32,000 nucleotides of DNA from Propionibacteriaceae bacterium (GTDB taxonomy: Bacteria; Actinomycetota; Actinomycetes; Propionibacteriales; Propionibacteriaceae). The notes beneath the pieces were generated by a model, which made no database searches, was not told where the DNA came from, and saw only the letters and a program-made list of their open reading frames with translations. Where the stretch lies: assembly GCA_031256725.1 (NCBI GenBank), contig JAIRQE010000025.1:130098-162097 (forward strand). The letters are read 5' to 3'. Each line of letters starts with the position of its first letter. Within the stretch, counting starts at the first letter, position 1. Position numbers and translations under genes: made by a program. Positions 8,592-18,349 of this stretch are shown here, one piece after another.

Positions 8592-9371
8592 ATGCCAGCT
8601 CGCTCAACGCCTCGTATCTATGATGGAACAACAGGAGGCTCATCTCATGGTGGACGTCGTACCCATATCATCCAAATTCTTCGCGATGCGAAGGAGCCCC
8701 TCTCTGTTATTCAAATTGCTAACATGGTCGGGATTCACGCCAATACAGCACGATTTCACTTGGAATCCCTGGTTGATGCTGGGATGGCGCTCAGGGAGAC
8801 AGAAGCTTCAGGGCAACCAGGTCGTCGCAGAATTCTGTACACAGGTACCCTTCCAAATCAGACCCATGAGCGAGCACAGGGGTACCGTCTTCTTGCTCAG
8901 ATCCTCACGGGAACAATCGCCACACGATTCCCCGAAGTTGGGGATGAGATGTACGAAGTCGGTCGCCAATGGGGAAGCTATCTGACTAGCCGCCCAACCC
9001 CCTTCGAGACTCTTGATGAGTCTGAGATCGACCAGAGGGTCATGGACAAGTTGGACGCTTTGTGGTTCGCACCAGAATCTGTACGAATCCCTCGCCCGCA
9101 CCTGCTTCTTCACAACTGTCCATTCATGGAATCAGCCAGGGAGGCCCCCAACGTGGTGTGCAGACTCCATGTTGGGATGATCAACGGTTCCCTTGAGGAA
9201 CTGCGCTCCAGTCAGCGTGTCGTTGAACTCAACCCCTTCCTTGAACCACATCTATGTCGGGCCTGGCTCGGTTCGGCCTCCGAAGTTGAGAACGTACCCG
9301 TGCCTCTAGTTTTTTCAGCCGAACCTGAGGAACGCGAAGAAGAAGTGAACCTGGAGTTCGACGAATTCTAG
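8592..9371 (+). CDS. Winged-helix transcriptional regulator, ArsR-like N-terminal HTH with extended C-terminal domain
   Basis: RTHIIQILRDAKEPLSVIQIANMVGIHANTARFHLESLVDAGM is an ArsR-type wHTH. Strong SD (AAGGAGG) 4 nt before the ATG. Confidence 0.7.
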   Translation: MPARSTPRIYDGTTGGSSHGGRRTHIIQILRDAKEPLSVIQIANMVGIHANTARFHLESLVDAGMALRETEASGQPGRRRILYTGTLPNQTHERAQGYRLLAQILTGTIATRFPEVGDEMYEVGRQWGSYLTSRPTPFETLDESEIDQRVMDKLDALWFAPESVRIPRPHLLLHNCPFMESAREAPNVVCRLHVGMINGSLEELRSSQRVVELNPFLEPHLCRAWLGSASEVENVPVPLVFSAEPEEREEEVNLEFDEF

Positions 9372-9405
9372 ATCAAGGCGAGTCCACTTCCCTTGCCCAT
9401 CACAG

Positions 9406-10068
9406 ATGGGGAACACTAGACCTATGTCAGGTGTACTTCATGTGAGGGTCACAAGCCCTTATGAGGCAGAATGCGCGGAAGCCGGCGGGGCTGACCGCCT
9501 GATCCTCACCTCCGATGAGGGGCTGTCGCCCCTACCTGAGACTGTGACTAAGATCCGCGCAGCATCCACCGTAGAGATGAGGGTCGTACTACGCCTACGC
9601 GAGGGCTACACCACTGATGGTGGAGAGATTGCCCGACTTCGGGGACTAGCCTCCACGTATATTGAGGCTGGAGTCGATGGATTCGTCTTCGGATTCCTCA
9701 CCTATATGGCCGAAATCGATGACCTGGTTTGTGTAGAGGTTGCCTCAGATGCGACGTGGGCCTGGACCTTTGATCGAGCCGTCGATGCCACTCTTGATCC
9801 CATCCGAGCTCAACAAATAGTTGAATCCCTTCCAAGGGTCGACTCCATCATGACCGCTGGTTCCGCTAGGGAAATTGATCATGGCATTGATCGCCTCATC
9901 GCACGCGCCGCCGACCACATCATTGCCGCTGGCGGCCTCAAGCCTGAGCATATTCCATGGTTGGTACGAGGGGGCCTGACCCAGTACTACATCGACACCA
10001 CCCCTATTACCACCTCAGTGGTATCCACATGGAGAAGGCTGATAGACGACGAGATGGCACGAGTGTGA
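9406..10068 (+). CDS. cutC: CutC-family (copper homeostasis) TIM-barrel protein
   Basis: AECAEAGGADRLIL..EGLSP, VVLRLREG, GVDGFVFGFL, WTFDRAVD and IMTAGSA...IIAAGGLKPEHI parallel E. coli CutC blocks (NGADRVELC..GGLTP, PIIRPRGGDF, GLVTGVL, TFHRAFD, VLTSG, IMAGAGV). The start may instead be 9424. Confidence 0.6.
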   Translation: MGNTRPMSGVLHVRVTSPYEAECAEAGGADRLILTSDEGLSPLPETVTKIRAASTVEMRVVLRLREGYTTDGGEIARLRGLASTYIEAGVDGFVFGFLTYMAEIDDLVCVEVASDATWAWTFDRAVDATLDPIRAQQIVESLPRVDSIMTAGSAREIDHGIDRLIARAADHIIAAGGLKPEHIPWLVRGGLTQYYIDTTPITTSVVSTWRRLIDDEMARV

Positions 10069-10077
10069 CAGGCGGAG

Positions 10078-10141
10078 CCGGTTCGTTGTGACGCAATGTC
10101 GACTTTTGATCCAATGTCGACATTGTGTCAAAACGAACCGG
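10078..10141. terminator. Long imperfect hairpin between convergent cutC and the membrane-protein gene (bidirectional terminator candidate)
   Basis: CCGGTTCGTTgTGACgCAATGTCGAC ... GTCGACATTGtGTCAaAACGAACCGG, followed by CCCCAAAAAA. Confidence 0.55.
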
Positions 10142-10152
10142 CCCCAAAAAAG

Positions 10153-10911
10153 CTAATGGGTGATATTGGGGGATTCCCCATTTCTTAAACCTAGGTACTG
10201 CAGGATGAGATCAGCAAGGGCGAGCCCCCAGCAGGCGATGAACACCCACCAGTTCATTCCAATGTCGACGTTGTAGATAGACAGGTTCACGATAAAGGAT
10301 GTGATCCACAAGCCAGCCAGAATCGCCAGGATGACATAGGCGACCTTTTTAAGTTGCTCGACCCGGAATCGTACCCTGGGAATCAGAAAGAAGGGAGCGA
10401 CTCCCAAGGTGACCATAGGGATCAGTGTCTCCATGGTGGCTACCACGCCGACAACACCCAGGGTGAGGAGGAACGGAGGGTAGGCTGCATTCACCACATC
10501 GGATAGAGCGACCTCGTGCCGTACCTGTTCAGGGCGGGCAGAATCCGATGGGGGAGCCCAGGTTGTTGGGGACGTGGGGGAAGAAGCGATTGTGAAGGGT
10601 TCTAAAGGGGAACGGTCTTCAGCGACAGGTGGGGCACTCAGCGAAATCAGATCCGCATCTGAGGAGGTCATGATGGCCGAATGGGTTGTGAAGGGGGCCT
10701 CGGGGTTGCGTACCATTGAGGTTGCAGGCTCGATGCTCTCCAAAGGTACCCCTGAGCTATCCATGTGAAAGTCGGTCGGAGCTTCGGGAGGAGCAGGAGG
10801 TACACGAGGGGGAACAGGGATCGCTTCCAGGCTCACAGACGGTGGAGGTTCGGCGAAACCACGAGGGCGCTGTGAAGGAGCATACCTCGGTCCGTCTTTC
10901 CATGTGGCCAT
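10153..10911 (-). CDS. Hypothetical membrane protein (Pro-rich N-terminal half, three or more C-terminal TM helices)
   Basis: Hydrophobic segments PFLLTLGVVGVVATM, VAYVILAILAGLWITSFIV and WWVFIACWGLALADLIL. On the coding strand TACAAT lies 6 nt upstream of the ATG with no SD, an arrangement compatible with a leaderless mRNA. Confidence 0.6.
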   Translation of the reverse strand: MATWKDGPRYAPSQRPRGFAEPPPSVSLEAIPVPPRVPPAPPEAPTDFHMDSSGVPLESIEPATSMVRNPEAPFTTHSAIMTSSDADLISLSAPPVAEDRSPLEPFTIASSPTSPTTWAPPSDSARPEQVRHEVALSDVVNAAYPPFLLTLGVVGVVATMETLIPMVTLGVAPFFLIPRVRFRVEQLKKVAYVILAILAGLWITSFIVNLSIYNVDIGMNWWVFIACWGLALADLILQYLGLRNGESPNITH

Positions 10912-11007
10912 AAAATCATTGTATCGCGAAGGCTAGGGTGCTGGCTAAGATGGAATTCTTGATCTGACAAGCGCTAAGCTAGTCAGGCATGGGAAAGAGG
11001 TGAGTGT

Positions 11008-11394
11008 ATGCCAACAGGCAAGGTACGTTTCTATGACCCTGAAAAGGGTTTTGGGTTCATCGTTAAGGATGAAGGTGGCGGTGACGTTTACGTTCGTGCA
11101 TCGGTACTGCCCGTCGGCGTGGCCACCCTCAAACCCGGTCAGCGTGTTGAATTCGGTGTTGCAGATGGGCGTCGCGGTGAGCAGGCGCTGTCACTAACAG
11201 TGCTGGAAGCCCCGGAGTCCCTATCGAAGGCCCAGAGGAAGTCAACCGAACAGATGACGATAATCACTGAGGACCTCATCAAGCTCCTTGACTCCATTGG
11301 TAACGGCTATCGCCGCGGGCGGTACCCTGATGCCAGGCTGGCAGAGAAGATGGCACATATGCTACGAGGCTTTGCCGCAGAGCTAGAATTGTAA
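11008..11394 (+). CDS. Cold-shock domain protein with C-terminal extension
   Basis: MPTGKVRFYDPEKGFGFIVKDEGGGDVYVRASVL carries the RNP1/RNP2-type CSD motifs. The 128-aa length resembles the long actinobacterial CspB-type. Confidence 0.85.
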   Translation: MPTGKVRFYDPEKGFGFIVKDEGGGDVYVRASVLPVGVATLKPGQRVEFGVADGRRGEQALSLTVLEAPESLSKAQRKSTEQMTIITEDLIKLLDSIGNGYRRGRYPDARLAEKMAHMLRGFAAELEL

Positions 11395-11396
11395 TC

Positions 11397-12164
11397 ATGA
11401 CCGTGAAAGTTGATGCCGTCGCGGCCTCAGCCATTGATGAAGCCCTCATTGCTGCACTAGCTGAGGCTGGTCATGGCCATGTTGGCGACCACGTTGGGGT
11501 GTACGCCGAAGCTGAACGCGTGGTGACCCATGTCTTCGATTGTCTACATCCAGGCTATCTCGGGTGGCATTGGGCAGTCACCGTATCCCGTGCTCCACGA
11601 GCCCGCACGGTCACAGTCAACGATGTTGTCCTCCTTCCGGGTGAGGGTGCTCTCCTTGCACCGAGATGGGTGCCCTGGTCGGAGAGGATCGCGCCTGGTG
11701 ATGTTGGTCCCGGAATGATCATGGCCACACCCCCCGAGGATCCACGCCTCGTGCCAGGGTACACAGTGGGGGCGGAACCTCGTACCCCTGAAGAAGCGAT
11801 CGAAATCCGTGCGGTTGTGCGTGAACTGGGCTTGGGGCGTACCCGTGTGTTGAGCAAAGAGGGACGAGACGAGGCCTGTCTTCGCTGGAACAAGGCTCAC
11901 GGCCCGGATGCGTACGAGGCTCGCCAAGCCCCTGCGCCCTGCTCAAGTTGTGGGTACTTCATCCGTTTGAGAGGTGAGTTGGGGGCCGCCTTCGGAGCCT
12001 GTGCTAATGCCTACTCAAGCGCAGATGGGTGTCTTGTTTCCATTGACTACGGCTGTGGTGCGCATTCCGATGTTGTGGAGGAACGTCGCGGAGTCGAGTT
12101 GCCGCCCGTACTGTGGGATGACTCTGTCGATATGGAAAGAGACGGCATCTCACTGTTCGATTAA
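11397..12164 (+). CDS. DUF3027-family protein
   Basis: C-terminal Cys/His cluster CSSCGYF...GACANAYSSADGCLVSIDYGCGAHSD is typical of DUF3027. It starts 2 nt after the csp stop, which matches the synteny I recall in Actinobacteria. Confidence 0.7.
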   Translation: MTVKVDAVAASAIDEALIAALAEAGHGHVGDHVGVYAEAERVVTHVFDCLHPGYLGWHWAVTVSRAPRARTVTVNDVVLLPGEGALLAPRWVPWSERIAPGDVGPGMIMATPPEDPRLVPGYTVGAEPRTPEEAIEIRAVVRELGLGRTRVLSKEGRDEACLRWNKAHGPDAYEARQAPAPCSSCGYFIRLRGELGAAFGACANAYSSADGCLVSIDYGCGAHSDVVEERRGVELPPVLWDDSVDMERDGISLFD

Positions 12165-12434
12165 GGGCTCGCTTTGAGCCTGTTTGCGTACCCTGCGTAG
12201 ACGATGGATGGCTGTAAACGGTACAAGAATCAGGCCGATGGCTGTACCCGTGGCAAGAACATAGAGCCAACCACTATCAGGATAAGCCATGTAGCAGACG
12301 AGGGTTGAGGCAGCGAAGAGGCCAAGCCCCACAGCTGCGGCAGTCAAACCTGAGGCGTCCAGCGGTACCACGGGTGCCTGCTGAAGAAGGGGAGCCTTCT
12401 GTGGAACGGCAGGAGGCTGGGACGACTGATTCAC
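12150..12434 (-). CDS. Small two-TM membrane protein (DUF2530-like)
   Basis: Two hydrophobic helices (LTAAAVGLGLFAASTLVCYM; LYVLATGTAIGLILVPF) followed by a basic tail. Convergent 15-nt overlap with the DUF3027 gene. Confidence 0.5.
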   Translation of the reverse strand: MNQSSQPPAVPQKAPLLQQAPVVPLDASGLTAAAVGLGLFAASTLVCYMAYPDSGWLYVLATGTAIGLILVPFTAIHRLRRVRKQAQSEPLIEQ

Positions 12435-12692
12435 TCATCCAGATTACAGTGAAACGGGTTTGAGAGTGAAGCTGAACACAGCAGAAGGCATATTCCGTCA
12501 CCATTTCTCACGAACCGATGGGATCTGTGTACACCCTCTCATGGGTGAGTATTGCAGGGGATGGCCCAGGTTTATTCCAGGCAGTGAAAGATGAGACGAA
12601 TGGGTGCTCGTGGACACTAGTCTGTGTGCATGGTACAGAAATCTCCACGCGCCGTTTCGACGGCTCCTTCTTCTTCATCCTCACCTCAGGGC

Positions 12693-14189
12693 ATGGATCG
12701 CTTCTTCAAGATCACCTCACGGGGTTCGACGCTCGCCCGCGAATTCCGTGGTGGCCTAGTCACCTTCTTCTCGATGGCGTACATCATCGCTTTGAACCCC
12801 ATCATCATCGGTACCACTGCCGACAAGAACGGTAACCTGATTTCTGGATTGCCGCTCTATGCCGAGTGGCCCCCGGTCTACGATGAAGCCGGGCAGATGA
12901 TCACCGAAACCCTGGGTGCAAATATCGGGATGACCATGACGATGGTTGCGGCAGCAACAGCTGTCATCGCAGGGGTTATGTCGCTTCTTATGGGTCTCAT
13001 TGGGCGCTACCCGATTGCTATTGCTGCTGGTCTGGGTCTCAATGCCTTCGTCGCTTATGGCATCGCTCCGATGATGACCTGGGGTCAGGCCATGGGCCTG
13101 ATCGTCTGGGAGGGCATCATCATCACAATCTTGGTCCTAACCAAGTTCCGTAAAGCGGTGATGAACGCCGTACCCCACTCCTTGCGTACCGCGATTTCTG
13201 TGGGCATCGGCCTGTTTATTGCATTGATTGGCCTTGTGGACGCTGGGTTTGTACGTCAGGGTTCCCAGATGGGTGAACTTGGCATCGGCGGTACGATCGC
13301 TGGCTGGCCGCTTTTGGTCTTCGTGATCGTACTCGTGGGTCTCGTCATCATGTGGGTACATCGGGTCAAAGGTGCGATGCTGATTGCCATTGTCGCTGGT
13401 ACGATCCTGGCCGTCATCGTTGAGGCAGTCGCCAAGGTTGGCGATTCCATGGCGAATCCATCCACTGGTTGGAGACTCAACGTACCTCAGCTCGCTGAAG
13501 GCGGGTCCTGGCTCCCCAATCTTGAACTGCTCAAGTTCTGGAACCACATCGATCTGATTGGCGCATTCAGCGCCGACTTCAAGGCATGGATTGTCGTCAT
13601 CATGCTCATCCTGGCACTGATGCTCGCCGACTTCTTCGATACCATGGGTACCATTGTGGCCATTGGTAAGACCGGCAACCTCCTTCAAAAAGATGGCAAT
13701 CCGCCACGTACCCAGCAGATCCTTCTCGTGGACTCCCTGGCTGCCGTTGCTGGTGGTCTGTTCTCGACCTCATCCAACACCTCCTATATAGAATCCGCTT
13801 CGGGTGTATCCGATGGTGCACGTACAGGTTTGGCGAGCATTGTCACCGGGTTGACCTTCCTGGTTGCAGTGTTCATCACCCCGCTGGTGAACCTGGTACC
13901 TTCCGAGGCTGTTGCACCTGTACTCGTGGTTGTGGGCTTCCTCATGCTTCAGCAGGTTACCGATATTGATTGGAAGGATCTGGAGGTTGCGATCCCCGCA
14001 TTCTTCATGATCACCATGATGCCCTTCACCTATTCGATCACGGTCGGCATGGGCTTGGGCTTCATCATCTACCTGATCATCAAACTGGTTCAAGGTAAGG
14101 CCTCAAAGACAAGTCCACTATTGTGGGTGATCGGGGTCATGTTCCTGATCTACTTCATGCAAGGTCTGATCCTGAACTGGCTCTCCTAG
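12693..14189 (+). CDS. NCS2/AzgA-family purine (adenine/guanine/hypoxanthine) permease
   Basis: MDRFFKITSRGSTLAREFRGGLVTFFSMAYIIALNP is the canonical N-terminus of PbuG/AdeQ-type permeases, and the protein is multi-TM throughout. The start is set at the conserved MDRFF (12693), not 12624. Confidence 0.85.
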   Translation: MDRFFKITSRGSTLAREFRGGLVTFFSMAYIIALNPIIIGTTADKNGNLISGLPLYAEWPPVYDEAGQMITETLGANIGMTMTMVAAATAVIAGVMSLLMGLIGRYPIAIAAGLGLNAFVAYGIAPMMTWGQAMGLIVWEGIIITILVLTKFRKAVMNAVPHSLRTAISVGIGLFIALIGLVDAGFVRQGSQMGELGIGGTIAGWPLLVFVIVLVGLVIMWVHRVKGAMLIAIVAGTILAVIVEAVAKVGDSMANPSTGWRLNVPQLAEGGSWLPNLELLKFWNHIDLIGAFSADFKAWIVVIMLILALMLADFFDTMGTIVAIGKTGNLLQKDGNPPRTQQILLVDSLAAVAGGLFSTSSNTSYIESASGVSDGARTGLASIVTGLTFLVAVFITPLVNLVPSEAVAPVLVVVGFLMLQQVTDIDWKDLEVAIPAFFMITMMPFTYSITVGMGLGFIIYLIIKLVQGKASKTSPLLWVIGVMFLIYFMQGLILNWLS

Positions 14190-14192
14190 GGG

Positions 14193-14852
14193 TTAACGCG
14201 CAGTCCACCAGGCAATAAGGTCTGGTGGGGGGCTGCCCGTGGTACTCGCCTGGTCGGCATACTGCGGGTAAGCCTTCGCGAACTCCAACACCTGAGTCGC
14301 AAACTCGACAGTGCCCTCCTCGAACTCGGGGAGGGCATTCGTCCATTCATCCACAAGTCTGAGTACTGTTGCGTGATCCATGAACCCAATTGTCATCGGA
14401 TCGATGGGCCGTAGCGGGATATCGATACTGTGGAGCCACAGGCGCCGAATGCTCAGCTGGGTCGAGACTCCCGCCCGTACCAAATCAAATTCCAATTCCT
14501 CTAACTGTGACACAGGTAGGGGCAGAGAAATCTGGGCAAGTGCGAGGTGATCCAGCCAGGATCGCGCGAGTGTCCAACAGGCACTGAGACGGTCAGCAGC
14601 GATGTACCGCGAGGTCATCATGGCTTCGGCATCCACATTATTGGGGATCCCTGGGCGGATAACAGGGGCATTCAGAGGGGTCCTCATAAGCGGTCCAAGG
14701 ACGGACAGCAGCCCACCAACCCGCTTCTTGGGTACAGCAGGAGTCACGGTATTGGTGACCTCACGCAGGGTTTGCGCAAGCTCAGGCGGCGCGGCAAAGC
14801 ACTTGCGGAAAAGATCAACATTGATCGCCCACAAGCGCAACTCTTTATCCAT
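14193..14852 (-). CDS. Hypothetical protein (219 aa, no family recognised)
   Basis: Long ORF with composition like the neighbouring genes. It is convergent with the permease (3-nt gap) and divergent from ideR. Confidence 0.55.
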   Translation of the reverse strand: MDKELRLWAINVDLFRKCFAAPPELAQTLREVTNTVTPAVPKKRVGGLLSVLGPLMRTPLNAPVIRPGIPNNVDAEAMMTSRYIAADRLSACWTLARSWLDHLALAQISLPLPVSQLEELEFDLVRAGVSTQLSIRRLWLHSIDIPLRPIDPMTIGFMDHATVLRLVDEWTNALPEFEEGTVEFATQVLEFAKAYPQYADQASTTGSPPPDLIAWWTAR

Positions 14853-14938
14853 GTCCTAACGTTATCGCAGACTGGATTGCGTGGGAACCCGCAGATATGT
14901 CTGGACTTCGGGTTATCCTTGAGGGCAGGAGGATGGAT

Positions 14939-15625
14939 ATGAGTTCGGTCATCGACACGACGGAAATGTACCTGAGAACGGTTTATGAGTTGTTGGAGGA
15001 GGGGGTCACACCCCTGCGCGCCCGCATCGCCGAGCGGATGCAGCACAGCGGTCCCACAGTTTCACAGACGGTCTCCAGGATGGAACGCGATGGACTCCTG
15101 ACCGTGCATGAAGATCGTCGAATCCTTCTCTCCGAAAAAGGCGAAGAGGTTGCCGCGCGTGTGATGAGGCGTCATCGACTCGCTGAGCGACTCCTGGTTG
15201 ATGTGATCGGCCTGAGTTGGGCCGAGGCCCATGATGAGGCTTGCAAATGGGAACACGTCATCGGTAACCGGGTCGAAACACAGTTGGTGGCCCTGTTGAA
15301 GGACCCCGACGTCTCCGTCTACGGAACCCCAGTTCCGAGGGTAAACGAGCCGGTCAAGGATTCCATCACCCGTTTCCTTGAAGGTGCTGAGGTATTGTCG
15401 TCGATCATTGAGCCTGAAGTTACTTCGAGGGTACGCCTAATCCGCATCGGCGAATTCCTCCAACGGGATACCGAAACTCTAGCGGTGTTGGATGACGCCG
15501 GTATCCAGCCAGGTACAGACCTCCAAGCCACCTGTGACCCGACCTGCCTGACCCTATTAACCGCCACTCATGAGTGCTGTCTGGATGCCGATTGGGCTGA
15601 CCAATTGTTCGTTGCCCGACTGTGA
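14939..15625 (+). CDS. ideR: Iron-dependent repressor, DtxR/IdeR family
   Basis: MSSVIDTTEMYLRTVYELLEEGVTPLRARIAERMQHSGPTVSQTVSRMERDGLL is near-identical in pattern to DtxR. Metal ligands M10, H79, E83, H98, C102, E105 and H106 are all present (iron-type). An SH3-like C-terminal domain is present. AGGAGG lies 6 nt upstream of ATG 14939. Confidence 0.88.
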   Translation: MSSVIDTTEMYLRTVYELLEEGVTPLRARIAERMQHSGPTVSQTVSRMERDGLLTVHEDRRILLSEKGEEVAARVMRRHRLAERLLVDVIGLSWAEAHDEACKWEHVIGNRVETQLVALLKDPDVSVYGTPVPRVNEPVKDSITRFLEGAEVLSSIIEPEVTSRVRLIRIGEFLQRDTETLAVLDDAGIQPGTDLQATCDPTCLTLLTATHECCLDADWADQLFVARL

Positions 15626-15762
15626 ATTGCTGAAGAAACGGTTGGGTGCCCTGTGTACTCGAAGAAACGGTACCAAAGAATCACTTGTGTTAGAGGTACA
15701 ACGTATTCTTGGCCTGGTTTATTCCCGATTTTCAAGAATTTCTTTTCCAGGTACAACAGTGG

Positions 15763-16125
15763 CTACCCAATGGGGCCGTGATGTGGAGGTACCTCGGCGG
15801 TAAGTCGCTCCTCCTCGGGTGTTAAAACCACCCGCTGACTAGGGGGGAGACGCTCTGCATCAAGACCCAACTCCGTACGTACCTTTCCAAGAATCGCGTA
15901 CCAACGTGCTGCCCCTATGGTGTGTAGACCGCCCGCTTCAAGAGGATGAGGCCAGGGTTCCTCCGCGTCCCAGCGCTGGGCAGCATGGGTACGAATGGCG
16001 TCAGCTGACCATCCGACCTCATCAAGGGCCACCAGAAAAGCTTCAACCGAGTCCACCCCTGGGGCAAGCGAGACCTCTTCCCCAGTGAGTACAAACGCAA
16101 GCAGTGCATAAAGACTGTCAGTCAT
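15763..16125 (-). CDS. Hypothetical protein (120 aa, acidic, C-terminal EVPPHHG motif)
   Basis: ORF only; no family confidently recognised. Confidence 0.45.
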   Translation of the reverse strand: MTDSLYALLAFVLTGEEVSLAPGVDSVEAFLVALDEVGWSADAIRTHAAQRWDAEEPWPHPLEAGGLHTIGAARWYAILGKVRTELGLDAERLPPSQRVVLTPEEERLTAEVPPHHGPIG

Positions 16126-16170
16126 ATTTCAACCTTGGCTAAATCTCCGGTATCGTAGGTACGCTACCAT

Positions 16171-16246
16171 GGCCCCGTAGCTCAGGGGATAGAGCGATGG
16201 TTTCCTAAACCATGCGTCGTAGGTTCGAATCCTATCGGGGCCGCCA
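16171..16246 (+). tRNA. tRNA-Arg (anticodon CCT), CCA encoded
   Basis: Manual cloverleaf: acceptor GGCCCCG/CGGGGCC, D arm GCTC-AGGGGATA-GAGC, anticodon arm ATGGT-TTCCTAA-ACCAT, variable GCGTC, T arm GTAGG-TTCGAAT-CCTAT, discriminator G, then CCA. Confidence 0.9.
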
Positions 16247-16286
16247 ATAATAATATCATATCGTTGTGTGTTCCTAGGTTGAGTAG

Positions 16287-17127
16287 ATACCCAACTGGGC
16301 CATTCTGGCGGAAGGTCTGCAAAAGGGGCACCAATGGCCCGGTTGTGTGCTTCCTTAAATCTAACTTGCTAGGGAGTTCATTAAAAAGGGCCCTGACTCT
16401 GGGGCTGCTGGATATGAAAACAGCAACAATGCTTTTCGGCTTAGTTTTTTTGCTCTTAACGCGACGGAGATGATCGAGTTAGACTCCACAGGCCATGATC
16501 ACCCTTGCCAACGAGGGTTTGGTGGTACGAGGGCGAGGTCAGGCTACGATTGTTGCTCCTCGCAGACAATTCCATCGTTTCGCTCATCGTGCTGCCGGGT
16601 TGAAGGCTCAGATGACATCAGTAGGCCTCACCGTCACAACTGAAGTGAGATCACTGTCACCCACCAAGAACTCGCCCCACATTGGGACACCTCTCCCGCC
16701 GCAGGAGTGGTGGCAGTGTGAACGTGTCCGCTTCATTGATGGAGTGCCTGCGGCGTTTATTCGAACCTGGCTTCCTGCGTCCTATGCGCAGACTCTCACT
16801 GTAGAGTCCCTGACCGATGCCTCCCTCCATGCCCTTCTGGAGGAGAGCCACGGATTGAGACCAGTTGGTGGCCAACGTCAGATCAGGGCTGTCCCCAGCG
16901 ATGCGACTTTGGCCACCCTCTTGGGTATCTATCCCGGAGCGTCTCTCCTGCTCTTAGAAGGTACGACCCTCGACCAGCATGGTGAGGTCCTGGAGGTCTT
17001 TTCGACCTGGCATCGTGGCGACCTTATCGCCTTGGATCTGTCCTTCGATCAGGACCACCCGGAGCCCGCGGACGCCAGCCCTTTGGCCCTTGCGAAACGA
17101 CTTGTGTCTGCCCTTGAGTTGTCGTGA
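16287..17127 (+). pseudogene. GntR/HutC-family regulator with a disrupted N-terminal wHTH (intact UTRA-like effector domain)
   Basis: The 16495..17127 ORF starts in the last helix of the HTH (MITLANEGLVVRGRGQATIV) and continues as a UTRA-like domain. Upstream, another frame reads PNWAILAEGLQKGHQWPGCVLP*I*LAREFIKK. That is recognisable as I..G.l.pG..LPSE.ELA.EF, but it contains two stop codons and a frame change. Confidence 0.6.
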
Positions 17128-17398
17128 CTCTTTCCAGATTCACTCCTTGTGGAAACTTCTGAAATTTTCTTGCCTTACAGGCTCAATTTCTGTTTATAAG
17201 AATTTTCGTCTCTGCTGTCCCGTCATGGCAGAAGAGGTACTGCATAAGTTTTTTACATAGTAATGGTGGCACATATAGTGCTTGATTCTGCGTTCTGGTG
17301 GGCAAGGATCTAAGAGATACTATTTCTGATATGATAATCCATCAGGGCAATAACACCATCATTCAGACTCATGAAGTTTCGGTTCTGGGGGGGGCATG

Positions 17399-18004
17399 TC
17401 ACTCTAGGGCTACGTTGGCGGCACCCATCGTGGTGGCGGAGGTGATCTTGGTGGCTATGGATTCGGGTACCTCAACAAGGATGACTTCGGCTGTACCAGA
17501 TCCTGAGAAGAGTCCAGAGGAGTCGGGGGAAGGGATGGTTATCACTCGTACTCCTCGGGCCACGCTGACCTCGGCAGTGGCGTGGTCGGTGAGAAAGATG
17601 GACACCTTGTCTCCAGGTTTAATGACGGAAAGAATATGGGAGGAAACCTGAAGTGGGATGATCACATGCCCGGTTTTGGCCTGAGATGAGGCAACAAAAT
17701 CCTCGGTCGTGAGAATAGCCCCAGCAGGGATCGCAGAGGAGGTCATCTGGTCGACAAGGGATGACACCGAGGTGATTGCTCCAACGGGTACCAAGGTCGT
17801 TGGAACAGCAGTAGCGCGCACCTGAGCTTCGGTAACTGTTGATCCTGGGGAGATCCTGGAGATCGCTGTGTAAACCTGGGTGGTGGGGCCACCATCACTG
17901 GTGACGATTGAGCATACACTGAGTACGCACACCACAGCCGCCATGGTGGCCAGGATACGTCGATGAATGAGAACCCGTCGAAGGATGGTCGTAATCTTTG
18001 TCAT
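17399..18004 (-). CDS. SAF-domain protein (CpaB/RcpC-like; conserved actinobacterial partner of the FmdB gene)
   Basis: N-terminal TM anchor, then SPGSTVTEAQV...VP.....GAITS....V....IPAGAILT..DF, which is SAF-domain-like. Its position downstream of the FmdB zinc-ribbon gene matches the Rv0991c/Rv0990c-type synteny as I recall it. Confidence 0.65.
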   Translation of the reverse strand: MTKITTILRRVLIHRRILATMAAVVCVLSVCSIVTSDGGPTTQVYTAISRISPGSTVTEAQVRATAVPTTLVPVGAITSVSSLVDQMTSSAIPAGAILTTEDFVASSQAKTGHVIIPLQVSSHILSVIKPGDKVSIFLTDHATAEVSVARGVRVITIPSPDSSGLFSGSGTAEVILVEVPESIATKITSATTMGAANVALE

Positions 18005-18266
18005 ACACAGACCATGGGTAACAGTGGATAGGGATTGTCATCTATCCACAAGGGATATAGAGAAAAGAAAGTTATCCACAGCCCAGCTGGACCCTGTGCA
18101 GGGTAAATACCACTGGTGTTGTTGGGTCCTGCACATCGAAGGACTACCATCTAGCCAGATTTGTGAAGTTGTACCTCGAAATTCACTTAGAAACAGGGGT
18201 ACAAGTTCACAACTTTCGATGATGAGGTTTATAGCGGGGGAAGATTTGTAAAGTTATGACCGATGC

Positions 18267-18290
18267 CAAGTACTTAATCAAGTACTTAAT
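18267..18290. repeat. Perfect 12-bp tandem duplication (caagtacttaat x2)
   Basis: Read directly: 18267-18278 equals 18279-18290. Confidence 0.95.
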
Positions 18291-18303
18291 AAAGTCGAAG
18301 CGT

Positions 18304-18349
18304 AAGTGGTGAGGGTACTGGTATCGAAGTGGTGAGGGTACTGGTATCG
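18304..18349. repeat. Perfect 23-bp tandem duplication (aagtggtgagggtactggtatcg x2)
   Basis: Read directly: 18304-18326 equals 18327-18349. Confidence 0.95.

Noticed and set aside
12435-12692. Purine riboswitch in the 258-nt leader of the NCS2 purine permease
   Set aside because: A possible closing helix TCTCAT/ATGAGA (12537-12542/12591-12596) exists. However, the conserved purine-riboswitch cores (TATAAT…GATATGG…GTTTCTACC…CCGTAAAT…ACTATG) are not present. A cmscan would be needed to say more.
17387-17394. G8 homopolymer as a second phase-variation site
   Set aside because: It lies 5 nt downstream of the SAF gene stop in a convergent intergenic region. It is neither in a coding frame nor in a recognisable promoter spacer.
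18267-18349. Tandem repeats as a mini-CRISPR array
   Set aside because: There are only two directly abutting copies of each unit with no spacers, and no cas genes are in the window.
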